DNA of 63,213 nt, filler included, from Octopus bimaculoides (taxonomy: Eukaryota): NCBI RefSeq assembly GCF_001194135.2. It is 4 parts of 3 records of this genome, joined end to end, with 100 filler letters (N's around TTAATTAATTAA, not from the genome) between each part and the next. Parts side by side here need not be neighbours in the genome. Positions count along the whole stretch, not along the records: positions 28,456 to 59,815 come from NC_068987.1; positions 59,916 to 63,213 come from NC_068981.1; 2 more parts are not named here. The stretch is one strand, 5' to 3'. Numbering within the stretch: the stretch's first letter is position 1; the number at the start of each line of letters is the position of its first letter. The position numbers were made by a program, and so were the translations under genes. The notes below the pieces were generated by a model. That model saw only the letters and a list, made by a program, of their open reading frames with translations. It searched no databases and was not told the DNA's origin. Shown here piece after piece: positions 50,185 through 63,050 of the stretch.

Positions 50185-53072
50185 TTATAATCTTATAAGA
50201 TTATAGTGTTAAAAGAATTAAAAATTAGTGACGGCCAGAAATTTATATTCGATTTTATACTCCCAAGTGCAACATCTGTCCTTATCGACATTGTTTTTCA
50301 TCAAACTTGGGTTTGCATGTTCATATCATAAAAACTTATAAGAATTTGGAGTCGATATTATCCACATCACCAAGTTCTTAAAAAAGGGCTAGCTTAAAGA
50401 TATGATGTATACTCAATAGCTGGAGGTAGGATCTTTCACATGCAATATGACATTATGCTTACAATGAGATTAAATAATCGATTTAGGCTTGTTAAAAATT
50501 TAATGACAAGCAAATTAGAATACCAGCAGCTTCAAAGTTTTCTAAAACAAAAGACAATGCAAGTTCGTAACTCACGTCTTTAAATCCAGAATTTAAAGAC
50601 ACTACAGATGCTTCGCACTTGTTAGATCTTATTAGCGAAGAAAATTTCATTTGCTAGCAAAATAATCATATATATATGATTGTGAATGTTTGCATTAATG
50701 TTGACAGTCATAATCATCCTCACTAGAGCAAATGACATAAAGAGAACGTTCTTCACATGTTGAATACATATTTGGTAGGGTCTTATTTAAGCATCATTGT
50801 GAATGAAATAAATTCGAATTATGGAAAATATGTTATTTAAAGAACAAAACTTTCTAGTGCGTTTTAAAAACAAGTAGAAATCTAACTCCCATAATATCAT
50901 CAAATCTAGTTTTTAAAAAAATAGATAAGGGATTCAGAAGTTATTCTTGTCGTTAAACCAATTTGGTGAACAATAATCCATTAAGATGAATATGCTTTGA
51001 TGAGAAAATCTCATAATCTCAAAATGTATTTTGTGTTTATCTAGTCGACTTTAAAGTCATATCCACACAGAACTGCATTCTATTAATTTCCTAAAATCAT
51101 TGATCGGTTGATATTTAACTTATGTTCGTTGCTTGTCATTTCCAGTTTCCAAACACCACACAGAATTTGCCTGATATTATCGAAGTCTTCCAACTCACTA
51201 CCGTACATATGAGATGCTACTCTATGTATTTATGTACTACTCTATAATTATTTAGTATGAAGACAGCTTCCTCATCTCTAACTTTGAACCATTATACTTT
51301 ACAAATCAAGTTGTAATTAATAGCCAATGACAAATGTGCATATCCAGACACATTAAATTAACATTTGTAGATATGTATCTATTTTTGCCCTTAGATCAAA
51401 TAGATATAAATTATTAAGTGACGATCCATTGACAGTTATGATTATAAGACAGTACACTATTTTGAATAATGTCTTATTAAATTATTCAAAACAAAGGAAT
51501 GCGTATATTTAATTACATCAACCAATCCAAAGTGAGTGCTGATGAGTCATGAACCACGCAAATTAGCAAGCTTCCGTCCGTGTAGTCAATCTGACACAGT
51601 TTCTTCTCTCCCATTCACCTGATCCTCTGCGTTTTAAACCCCAGGATATATCTAAAGTTTAATTGTTAATTATTGGCATTCACGCAAGTATGCCGAAGCC
51701 TTTCATGAATTATAAATGATGGTGAGGGGGAAATATTTTAAGAAACATTGTACAGTAAAAATCACAAAATTAATCCGGAAAGAAGTACTTGACTCTGCGC
51801 AACTAAATCTCTCAGCGTCGACTATGGCGTTCAACGAAGCTACATTGCTCGCGTGATATCTACAATGACCTCTGTATGTTGGAACGAATGTTATATTCGC
51901 AGTTTGGTCGAGGGAAGGTAAACCATGAACAAATTCTGTATATCTATCCATATAGTCAAAATGTTAACTGGACATCATACATATATTTGATTAGTCAACA
52001 TCAACCTAAATGTGAGAAAATCAGCGCAAATAACAATAGTATCGACAGCTCTTAAAAACGACAAAACACTGTATCTAAAATGAAATATGAATATAAGAGT
52101 ATCTCAAATAAGAAGAGAAACAATCAGATGCGTTAGCACACACACACACACACACGCACACACATATATCAAGAGAACGTGCGTGTTGGCGAGGGTGAGA
52201 GAGAAAGTGGAGTGTGGGCCTACGAGGAGTTGTAAATACTGAGACAGCGAAAAATACAGAGACTGGTAGATAGGTGTGGTGAGAAATGAAAATAGAGAGA
52301 AGCAAAATGGAGGAGGAATATTAAACTTAAATGTAAATGAGAAAGCAATGATCCGAAATGAATGTTAGATAGTAATCTAGTCGACACTCTAAAAGCTCTA
52401 ATAACTAGAGCCTTTCTGCCGTACATTATGTATTGCATTAAACTGAGAGTACACTGAGATCAAATGCTCTGTTTCTAAGTAATACACGTGCACAAAAACG
52501 TGGGATATAGAAATTGAAGACGGAGTCATCAGAGTTTCGCCTTGATGAGCAGCGTTCTACACATATTTTTCATAGCCTCATGTATTTTAGTAATTTTTAT
52601 TGATAGTGCTTTATCGCATATATTATTGTTTTCAATCGTGTTTGTTTGTTTGTCGGTCAACAAGATACCTCAAGAACTGTTGGATGGATTGGGATGTTTG
52701 GCCTCGTGTTCAGGGAAATTTCGGACAGCGTGGTTCTTCTGTTACTCCTACTAGCCATCCTGTATCAGAAGGGCCACATCCCTCTCATCCTCCACCCACC
52801 TTTGTCATAAAGCCTTTGTATGCTATGTATACGTCCTTTCCTGTATGCTTACCCCCTTTTTTATTATATTTATATATTTTGTCATTTCCTTTCATTATAT
52901 GTAAACCCCAAACTTGATGTCTGTTTTTTTATTATGCCGTTCATCCGTCACCCTTATGGCAAATAAATGAATGTATTATTATTATTAGTGTTAATATTAG
53001 TAGTATTAGTCGTAGTAGTAACAGTAGTAGAACTACTACTACTACTACTAGTAGTAGTAATAGTAGTAGTAT

Positions 53073-53116
<44 letters not shown>

Positions 53117-53599
53117 ATACTAGTAGCATCAGTGTATGATGTTGTATGCTGTGCACCGTAGTTAAAAAGTAAAGATCCAAGCGAATATTCTCAAGTGTGT
53201 GTGTGTGAAACTCTGTGTGTGTGTGTGTGTGTGTATGTAGTATACTGTTCCGTGAAGGCTATGTGAACAAAAATGTACTCCATCTTGTCGGAGATAAATA
53301 TTACTTAATAAACAGATTATACATTTTTATGAACAAATAATAGTTTCATACGATGAAAACGACTCAGACAGCATTTTATGACACGTCTGGGATCTTCACG
53401 CAATCTTCAGGCTCTGCTCACCTGGCATAACATGCTAGAAGAGGACGATAGAGTAACAAAAAATACAAGAATAGGCCAGAAGTAAAGGCTGGAAGATAGA
53501 AAACGCCGGGAAACGAAAGGAAAAGGAAAAGATAGGAAAAAGAAAAAAAGAAAAAAGGTGAGAGTTATATTTATGTCCCTGTAAAGTCATAAGGCGGAA

Positions 53600-54250
53600 T
53601 GGATACAGGCATAGAGTCTTCCTGTACAGCTGCTCAATCCGAAGTGGGTAGTATTTACTAATTCACCAACAGGAACATTTCTAAATGTTTAGATCTGCTG
53701 AAATTATCAGATCTGGAATTCAGCAATGCGGTGGAGTTCTTAATTCTGTGTGCTCTCACCGTTGACATATGGTGTGGACTTTTCAATTATTTCCTACTTG
53801 ATTGTACGTGGTGTGACTAGCCAACTTAGTGGCTTATTTTTGACACTGTAATGGAAGGAAGATATGTGGTAAACGTAGTAATTTCTGGAGTCGCTTTCAC
53901 ATAACTCGATGGAACTCTCCTTCTCGGTTATCTTATCATCTAGCATTGTTGTAACTTTTGACTCATATATGAAGGACTTAATCATGCATCCCTGGTCGAG
54001 TGGACAGTTTCCTGTGTCTCAGCAGTTACAACTGGGAGTAGGCTCATGATGGCGCTAAAGTGTAATTATGTTCTTCATATTATGGCAGTACTGAGCGCTT
54101 GTAAAATGTTTTTTTATCTGTACCTGTGATTTTCAAGAAAATGTTTGTTTAAGATAGACAGGAATATTTTACCTATGTAGTTTTTAACGTTAAGGGAAAA
54201 AGACAGGGTCCAGGAAGTCTCCCTACATGACAGTAAGTGTTAACGAACAT
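53600..54250 (-). mobile_element. Penelope-like element relic (RT C-terminal linker plus GIY-YIG endonuclease)
   Basis: NVKNYIGKIFLSILNKHF (cf. NVKTNIGKxFLxLxxKHF) and SCNC*DTGNCPLDQGCMIKSFIYESKV..EK..IELCE....Y..HISSF (cf. CNCR..CPL.G.C..IY.A.V..K.YIG.TE..FK.RY..H..SF); contains stops and a frameshift. Confidence 0.75.
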
Positions 54251-54461
54251 TAAATATCCCACACCAGGAAAGGCATCTTCGCACCGAAGTGACAGAAAGT
54301 TGTAGAAACAGATATGTCGCCATTATTATCCTTATCAATGCCATGTACTCGGATCACCTCGGAACGAAATGAATGGACGGTCTAGGACTCATATGCAAAT
54401 AGTGTGAAATGCATTTGTTGCGGCGTACAAATTAAAAGGAGCTGTAGAAGTGTAACCCCCC

Positions 54462-54511
<50 letters not shown>

Positions 54512-55869
54512 GTTTCTATATAAGTGTTGATTTCGTTCCTCTCTCTTTCTCTTCATATATATATTTATATATAATTTTATATACTACATGTATATGTATT
54601 AATGTGTTATATATATATGTATATGTGTGTGTGTGTGTATGTATATATTCATACTACATAAATATGCATATATATGTGTGTATAAGTATACATGCATGTA
54701 TATATGTTAAGCTCAGTCTCTTTATACATTGAGAATGGCTACTTTGAATATGAAACAAAGTATCAAATGTTACTTTTGTGAAACGCATTAATATCAGGGC
54801 AATATATCCAATGCAATTTTCTTTTTTACTTTGTCGCGACATTAGTAGTTTGAATCTAACACAAAGTTCATCAGAATATTGGAGATAAAAATAATCCGGT
54901 TAATATCTCTCGGTTTTATAATTTCATCAATCAATGCAATGATCAGTGAAATATTCTTTCGTGATGCTTATCTTCATGTAAACAGAAGCGGGTATTTTCA
55001 GATAACAAAAGGCTATTTATTCGTACGTTCGACATAACCGAAGCTTTATTGTACACAGAATTGTGTCTATGGTATTGTGTAGTGAATGCTGTTATTGTTA
55101 AAAGCAGTTATTTTTATGAGCATATCAAATTATTTTTACTGATCAAACACGTTGAATGTCTTCCTAGAATGGTGAGCGGTAAAGAAGGGAAAAAGAGAAA
55201 AGAAAAATTGAAAGAAAGATAGTGTATATGAGAGAACATTTTGTCCAGAGAGACATTAGTCATGGAGAAGACAATATCAAAAAGAGCAATAAGTATATGC
55301 AGGTTGGTGTATGATTCAATGTTGGAATTATTTAAGTCGGATAATCAGATAACAAATCAAAATCATACACGTATATCTATTTTCTTGTCTCGTTCACCAA
55401 AGTAAATATACTTCCTTCTCAACAGACTCCTTATATATATATATATATATATAAATATATAGGTAAATATAGGTGGCGTCTTCATTGGTCGAGTATCTAG
55501 AATAGCAGTCAAGCAATCAATGAGTTTTTGGTTCGTATATTCTCACTATTACATAATTTATCTAAAAGAAAGACTTTTAATTCCATAGTGCTCGTAACAT
55601 CTCATACAAATAAATTCCACAGTATTTTAATCTGACTACCGATTCTTGAGGTTCGCTTAGCTTGCAGTGACGTATACAACTATTGCACAATCTTATATCA
55701 AGACTTTAGACTTAACAACAAGTCTATCACTAAGCAACTGTAGATCACTTGATCTTTTGAATATACAATTTTGTGTCTAGTGGAATTGGTAGAATAAGCA
55801 GGTGTATCTTCATTAATTCACTCTGTCAGAAAAGGATTACGAACACTTTGGATGATGTAGATCTCAGCA

Positions 55870-56079
55870 GTCGAGCGGTGGTTGGGGACGAACATAAACA
55901 CAGACACACACATACACATGTATATATACGGGGGACTTCTTTCAGTTTCCGTCTACCAAATACACTGACAAGGCTTTGGTTGGTCTGAAGCTACAGTAGA
56001 AGAAACTGTGCTACACAGTGGGACTGAAGTCGGAACCATATTGTTGGGAAGCTAACTACTTACCATACAGCCACGCCTG
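55870..56079 (-). mobile_element. SINE family A (decayed)
   Basis: Homology to 42579-42977. Confidence 0.8.
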
Positions 56080-56682
56080 AACCTACTGTGTAACTCTTCT
56101 ATTCTAATTTTGCAGCACCACCATGATTATTGGTGAAGTGAAAGAAACAATGACTAAAGATATAAGTGGTAGTGTAAAATCAGTTAACTAGCGGTTCTTT
56201 AGTTATTGATTTCCACTATTTCCAGTGGATTGAGGGAGGCAGAACGCTCCTAGTCACTTCGCTGAACTACATATAATTACGTAACAATTCCTACTATCAA
56301 GAACAGCTTAACTTTCAGGTCACTGTGTCATATAGTAAATACTAGTAATGAGGGAAATAAATGAAAAATATATCACTACTTCTTTACAATGTAATGGGAT
56401 TAATAGAAATTACAGACATATAATTCTATCAACCATTTTGAAAACTAGTCGCAAGCATTTCTAAGATTTGTGACGGGTTTAGCTTATTGGTTACAAAACG
56501 ATCCACTGGAAAGACATTCCGGATATTCTCAACTCTATTACATGTTTACAAAAATGAACCTGAAAGGAAGGAATCTACTCCCTCTAGATGCTGATGTACA
56601 TATAGCTGTAAGAAATTGATCAGTTATTTGTTACAACTTGAAAGCACTTTTCTGTAATATATCAAAGAGATGAGGAATTACG

Positions 56683-56890
56683 TACATCATTTACACTTGA
56701 CGGATATTTGTTTTGGCTGATATATCCTCCAGCTTTCATCAGGTGTCTTGGGGAAATTTCGAACATGGATTCTCATTCCTAAGGTATTTTTAAATGTTAT
56801 TATCATTAATCAGGTCACTGCCTGGAAACGAACTCGGAATCTTGGTGTTAGTAGCCCGCGCTCTTAACCACTACGCCATATGCCCGTGGG
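56683..56890 (-). mobile_element. tRNA-head SINE with a hammerhead-like 3' segment
   Basis: A-box tggcgtagtgg and B-box-like gagttcgtttcc; tail acacCTGATGAaagctgg..cagccAAAAC. Confidence 0.7.
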
Positions 56891-58046
56891 CAATTATGGA
56901 GTGAATTTTAGGGATTATAAACGTAATATTTTCCTATCCTTTCATTTTGTAGCTGAGGTCGATGTATTTCTAAAGAGTCTTACTTTCAGTTCAGTCATCA
57001 GTATTACAGGTTATATGTAACTGAACGGAGGACGGAGTCACCACTCGCTCGTTCGAAATGTCAGACATAACTTAGTCTGCTGCCTTATATATAAACAAAA
57101 AACAAAACAAAACAGATAATATCTAAGATAAACTATATCTGATAAAGCAGGCGCTACACATGGTTGGAACGTCTTTAACTAAAAGTTTACACGTTCATGT
57201 CTGGTTTGGTATTCGGTTCGATAACATTTTGTTTATTCTAGCGCCCAAGTAGTAAGAAGAAGCAACAAGGAACACATTGTATGCTTAGCAACACCTTAAA
57301 TGTGAGAACCCAGGAACCATAAAAACAAGAATATTTAACAAATATAACAACTACAAAGTATATCTAGAGAGCCAGTAAGAACCATAACAGCAACAGGAAG
57401 AACAACAATGGCGCTGAATAGATGGCGCGTCTACACATAGAAATCTTTGCAATTGTGTTATTTTGTCAAACTGAATAATGAAATCCCTCTATCATCTCTT
57501 CAAAAAAAATGTTAAAGTAGATAACTTAGTTAATCATTCATATACTACAAATGATGGGAGCGTCACTTCTGGAAGGTCGTTGAATGTCTACGAGATGATC
57601 GACGGCTCTAGTTAAAACAACAACAGCGAATAGAAAAAAAAAATGTAAAAGTAAAGTGCATCGACAACAATACCAATAGCAACAAGAAAAAAATAGAAGT
57701 AGAATCATGGCATGTATAACCACACACAAGAATAATTGAATCAATAACTGCATTACAAAGCAGTGCAAAGAACAAGCAAAAAGGCCTCACCGCTGCCCCA
57801 CCCACCCAAAAGTTCAGAGAAACAAGTGATGTTTATTTCTGACAGAATTAATAAAATAGGTGAGAAACGTAAACCCCGCACCAAATTTACAGTTAGATAA
57901 CTCGATTTTCCCTCCTTAGATTTCGGCGTTTATTTTTGGTGCCTTTTTGTGAGTATAAACCATGAAATGTTTTAGCAGTATAACATTGTAATAGGAAAAA
58001 TTGTGTTCTATGGCGCCAAAGTCTATCATCTAGTCGTGAAGCATTT

Positions 58047-58094
<48 letters not shown>

Positions 58095-58123
58095 NNNNNN
58101 NNNNNNNNNNNNNNNNNNNNNCG

Positions 58124-58199
<76 letters not shown>

Positions 58200-58748
58200 G
58201 TCTGTCTGTCTGTCTGTCTGTTTATATGTCCGTCTTCTGTCTGTCTCTCTTTTTGTCTGTCTCTGGCGTTGTCTCTGTCTGTGCCTCTCTCTCTCTCTCT
58301 CTATCTGTCTGTCTGTCTGTCTCTGTCGCTCTCTCTCTCTCCCCCCTCTCTCTCTCTATGTATCTATCTATATAACACAAACCTATAATAGTGGTAGTTA
58401 ACGTTATTGAGAAACAACCATTGCTGGAAAATTCTACAGACACACATCCTGAAATGTTGCACAAAGATCTACCTATTGAACGAATAACTATAGGACAGAG
58501 AGGAGGAGAGAAAGAAGGAAAGATTTGGGAAGATGGACTGTTTATGCAGTGCATTTCAGATATATCTACAACACACACACACAGCATATATAGTATAACA
58601 AACACACGCACACTATATATGCAAACAACAAAAAAAAAAGAACTTGCATCCTAATCCACCGATATTGATTTAAACAATATCCTTATATCCTTATATTTTT
58701 TATAAAATATTATACATATGCGTGTGTGTATTTCTGTCTATCTATCTC

Positions 58749-58815
<67 letters not shown>

Positions 58816-59015
58816 GACGGACGTGCTGTCACATCGGCTACAGAGGTAGACGTTTGTTTGACCTTTTATTGTCCACATTTTGTTGGAATTTTTAAATATT
58901 TTTGTTGCGAAGCACCTATGCTTCATTTTTGTGTATTTTCAAAGGCAGGAATTGGCCCCCAGGGGCAGTTTCGGCCCTAACAAAATACAAAAATTTCCTT
59001 CTCGACATTTGAAAA

Positions 59016-59815
59016 ATGTGGAGAAACACAATTTCGGAACGCTTGTCTTGTTCTTTTGATGACCATTTCCCGAGGCTTCAGATGCCAGAAGAGAAAATAG
59101 AACAGAGTAGCACGTACTCACACAGTGACAGGAACGCAGTTGCTGTAAACGTCACAAAGACGGCGATTACAGCTACTAACAGCCCTCTTACCACTACCAC
59201 CACCGACGACAACAACAACAACAACAACAACAACAGCAAGGACGCAAATTTATCGGCCGTCAGCACCCACAACACCACCTGTTCAACAAAATCTGCTGCC
59301 ACTACCACCACCTTTGAACCCGGCAGTACCAACACCAACATAAACAAAAATGTTCCAAAGAACATGTCCGCCAGCACAACAAAAAACAAATTTCGCAGAT
59401 GCTATAAAGGAAAAAAGAACAATAGTGACATTCACACAACAACAAATTAAAGACACAAAATCCCTTCTTACGAAAAAAGGCCATGATGTTAAAATAAACA
59501 TTTCAAAAGAAATTATAGAAAAAAAAAACAAAAAATGCATCATTTATAAACTGGTAAACACAAAAACCAGACGTGTAGAAAATTTTAGGAGAGATAAGAG
59601 ATGTGTCTTAAACCTGTATGGGCTCATCAAGAGCATGTCACGTGAGGACGAAAATTTGGAACGGTACAGGTGAGATTCTTAAATGAAAATTTAGCGAAGC
59701 AATTTTCGACACTCTCTCTCCGCACAGATAACTTGGTGATGATACCGAGTTATCTTGGACAGAGAGTGACCAAAGTAATTATAAAAAAATGTGCCATCAG
59801 AAGTGGACACCCAAT
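59016..59815 (+). mobile_element. Possible frameshifted ORF1 of a non-LTR retrotransposon
   Basis: Three overlapping ORFs (Thr/Asn-rich, then basic, then IPSYLGQRVTKVII) that run into a gap. Recognition is weak. Confidence 0.3.
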
Positions 59816-59944
59816 NNNNNNNNNNNNNNNNNNNNNNNNNNNNNNNNNNNNNNNNNNNNTTAATTAATTAANNNNNNNNNNNNNNNNNNNNNNNNNNNNN
59901 NNNNNNNNNNNNNNNTATATTAATTGAAGTGTACAGCATTATAT

Positions 59945-60035
59945 ATCCACTACGGCCGATCTTCCCAATCGGTTTCACACTAGAGGTTCAACGGAGTGTT
60001 ATTATGTAACCCTGCGCTCATCAGAGGTAGCCGTT
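59945..60035 (-). ncRNA. Decayed type I hammerhead ribozyme
   Basis: CTGATGA (60024-60018), stem II gcgc/gtgt, GAAA (59976-59973), stem III ccgat/atcgg, then GCC where GTC is expected, then gtag. Confidence 0.6.
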
Positions 60036-60429
60036 ATGTAATGAAACATGTCGGCTGATTATTCTATACCATAACAGCTACCTCTAATATACATATATAT
60101 TTCGTTGCTATTACATTAAACTGTCGTATGTCCAAATTTGCCCAAATGCGTGTATTTTTCAATATCTATTTTTGCTTGCAATAGTCGGTTCTTTTGGTCA
60201 AACTATTGTATCTCCAGCTGCTTCAGATGCCGAGATATCAAACATTGTCGAAGTGTAGTTGAACACTGAGGTCGATGTGATCGACTTATTCCCTGCTCGA
60301 ACTTGCTGGCCTTGTGCCACAATTTGAAATCATTATTAAAGGTTTCTCTGAGACGACGAGCTGCCAGAATCGTTTGTGCGCCGGGAAAAATGCTTTAGCG
60401 GCATTTAGTCCGCCGGAATAATCAAGGAA

Positions 60430-60789
60430 GTATCAGACAGTTAAAAAGAACAGATAATATGGTACTGTAGGCTGCAGTTAGCAAGCCCGCTGTGCATACA
60501 AGACTCCAGGAGTTCCAACAAAACCTCAGTTAATAATGTTCTTTTATTGGCCACACAGGGCTGAACACAGAGGGGACAAAATACAAAGTAGAGCTTTTCT
60601 TTTGGGGAAGAAGACGAGAACAAGAGTACTCAGAGAGCGCAAACCTCCGCCAAGGCAACACCAACGTCCTCTCAACGATTAGCCGGAGATGATTTTTAGA
60701 ATGAGAATATCTGAAATAATCTCGACTGCTCTCACAAACGAGAATATTAAAAATGAACCCATCCGCTCTCAAAAATTAAATAATAAAAA
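60430..60789 (-). mobile_element. LINE 3' end followed by a U2-snRNA-like fragment (Keno/Tx1-like?)
   Basis: Minus-strand ORF remnant 60530-60772, AATAAA at about 60543-60548, then tatctgttctt-tttaactgtctgatac at 60456-60430. Confidence 0.45.
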
Positions 60790-61319
60790 NNNNNNNNNNN
60801 NNNNNNNNNNNNNNNNNNNNNNNNNNNNNNNNNNNNNNNNNNNNNNNNNNNNNNNNNNNNNNNNNNNNNNNNNNNNNNNNNNNNNNNNNNNNNNNNNNNN
60901 NNNNNNNNNNNNNNNNNNNNNNNNNNNNNNNNNNNNNNNNNNNNNNNNNNNNNNNNNNNNNNNNNNNNNNNNNNNNNNNNNNNNNNNNNNNNNNNNNNNN
61001 NNNNNNNNNNNNNNNNNNNNNNNNNNNNNNNNNNNNNNNNNNNNNNNNNNNNNNNNNNNNNNNNNNNNNNNNNNNNNNNNNNNNNNNNNNNNNNNNNNNN
61101 NNNNNNNNNNNNNNNNNNNNNNNNNNNNNNNNNNNNNNNNNNNNNNNNNNNNNNNNNNNNNNNNNNNNNNNNNNNNNNNNNNNNNNNNNNNNNNNNNNNN
61201 NNNNNNNNNNNNNNNNNNNNNNNNNNNNNNNNNNNNNNNNNNNNNNNNNNNNNNNNGTGGTGGTGGTGGTGGTGGTGGTGGTGGTGATGTTGATGATGAT
61301 GATAACCATAATAATAATG

Positions 61320-61745
61320 GTTTCAAATATTTCCACACGGGCAACAATGTTGGGGAAGGGGTAAGTCGATTACATCGACCCCAGTGTTCAACTGCTACTT
61401 AATTTATTGACCCCCGAAAGGATGAAAGGCGAAGTCGACTTGGGCGGAATCTGAACTCAGAACGTAGTGGCGGGCGAAATACCGCTAAGCATTTAGTCCG
61501 GCATGCTAACAATTCTGCTAGATAATAATGGCTTCAAATTTTGACACAAGACCAACAATTTAGGGGAAAAGTGTAAGTGGATTACATCGACCCCCAAATA
61601 CTCAACTGGTACTTATTTTATCGACCTTGAAAGAATGAAAAGCAAAGTTGACCTCAGTGGAATTTGAACCGAATATGCAAAGACGGACAAAACGTCGCTA
61701 AGTAGTTTTCCCGGCGCGCTAACGATTCTGCCAGCTCGAAGCCTT
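61320..61745 (-). mobile_element. Two tandem SINE family B copies
   Basis: Homology to family B; separated by a short ataataat. Confidence 0.85.
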
Positions 61746-61746
61746 T

Positions 61747-61801
<55 letters not shown>

Positions 61802-61859
61802 TAGCAACAGCAGCAGTAATGATGATGATGGTGATAAAAATAATAGCAATAATAATAAC

Positions 61860-61920
<61 letters not shown>

Positions 61921-61953
61921 GTAATAGTAATAATAATAATAATAATAATAGTA

Positions 61954-61992
<39 letters not shown>

Positions 61993-62050
61993 GTAATAGT
62001 AATAATAATAATAATAATAATAGTAATAGTAATAATAATAATAATAATAT
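61745..62050. repeat. (TAG)n followed by (AAT)n with periodic agtaatagt interruptions
   Basis: Direct reading. Confidence 0.9.
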
Positions 62051-62906
62051 GCATAATTAAAAAAATAATCAACAATGTGATATACGATGTTAGCTACAGA
62101 AATGTTGATTGTCCTCCTCCTCCTCCTCCCGAGCCAACAAGTCACCGCACCCATCAACTAAACAAACATATCACATTAAAAGACGGCAGGGTGGCGTAAC
62201 CCAAACCTTCTGACAAGCAATAATAGCGCGAAAGGAGGCGGGTGTGTCAGACAGAAGGAGGAAGGCAAAAGCAAACACTGATCATCATAAAGCAGGGATA
62301 AGGAGTGGGGCACGTAGAAGAGGAGAAATGCGAATCAGTTGACATGTCTCCTCCACCCAACCCCCACGCCTTAAAATATTTTATAGCTTTGTACATGCAT
62401 TATACATATATGTGTGTGTATGTGTTCATCTAAACGTGTGTATGTGTGTGTATGTGTTCATACATACGTGTGTATATGTGTGTGCATGCATAGCGGTGTG
62501 TATATATATACATGTGAGCATATTGTGTTAAACATCTAAATATACTAAAAACATCATAAATTATATGTACAGACATTATAATATATATCCGTACGAGACC
62601 ACAGACTTTGAGATTTTTATGGTTTCGTTTCATATGTTGCATACACAATCGTCAGCGGAGGAAGACAGATAGGTATGCCTTATATGCATGCGCATCTGAT
62701 GAACAGTGGCACGATGTAATGGGTTTTGTAAAAAAAGGGAATGAAATGAAATAAAATAACGCTAACACAAAATGAAAAGCAACAGAACATCAGAAAAATT
62801 AGTGTAATATATGCATGCTCGGTGTTTCTCAGAACCAGTGTGAATGGATTAAAATTAAAAGTAATATACTTCATTAAGAATGCGCCAAAAATAAATTAAA
62901 TCTTGA

Positions 62907-63050
62907 AGGCGTGGCAGTGTGGTAAGAAGTTTGCTTCCCAACCACACGATTCAGGGTTCAGTCCTACGTTAGGCAAGTGTCTTCTACTATGGCCTCAAAC
63001 TGACCAAAGCTTTGTAGACGGAAACTGAAAGAAGCGCGTCGTATATATGT
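62907..63050 (+). mobile_element. SINE family A head and core
   Basis: tggcagtgtggtaagaagtttgcttcccaaccac..ggcaagtgtcttctactatggcc. Confidence 0.8.

Noticed and set aside
50381-50390. aaaaagggct resembling the U11 snRNA 5' end
   Set aside because: The similarity does not extend and there is no Sm site or U11 fold.
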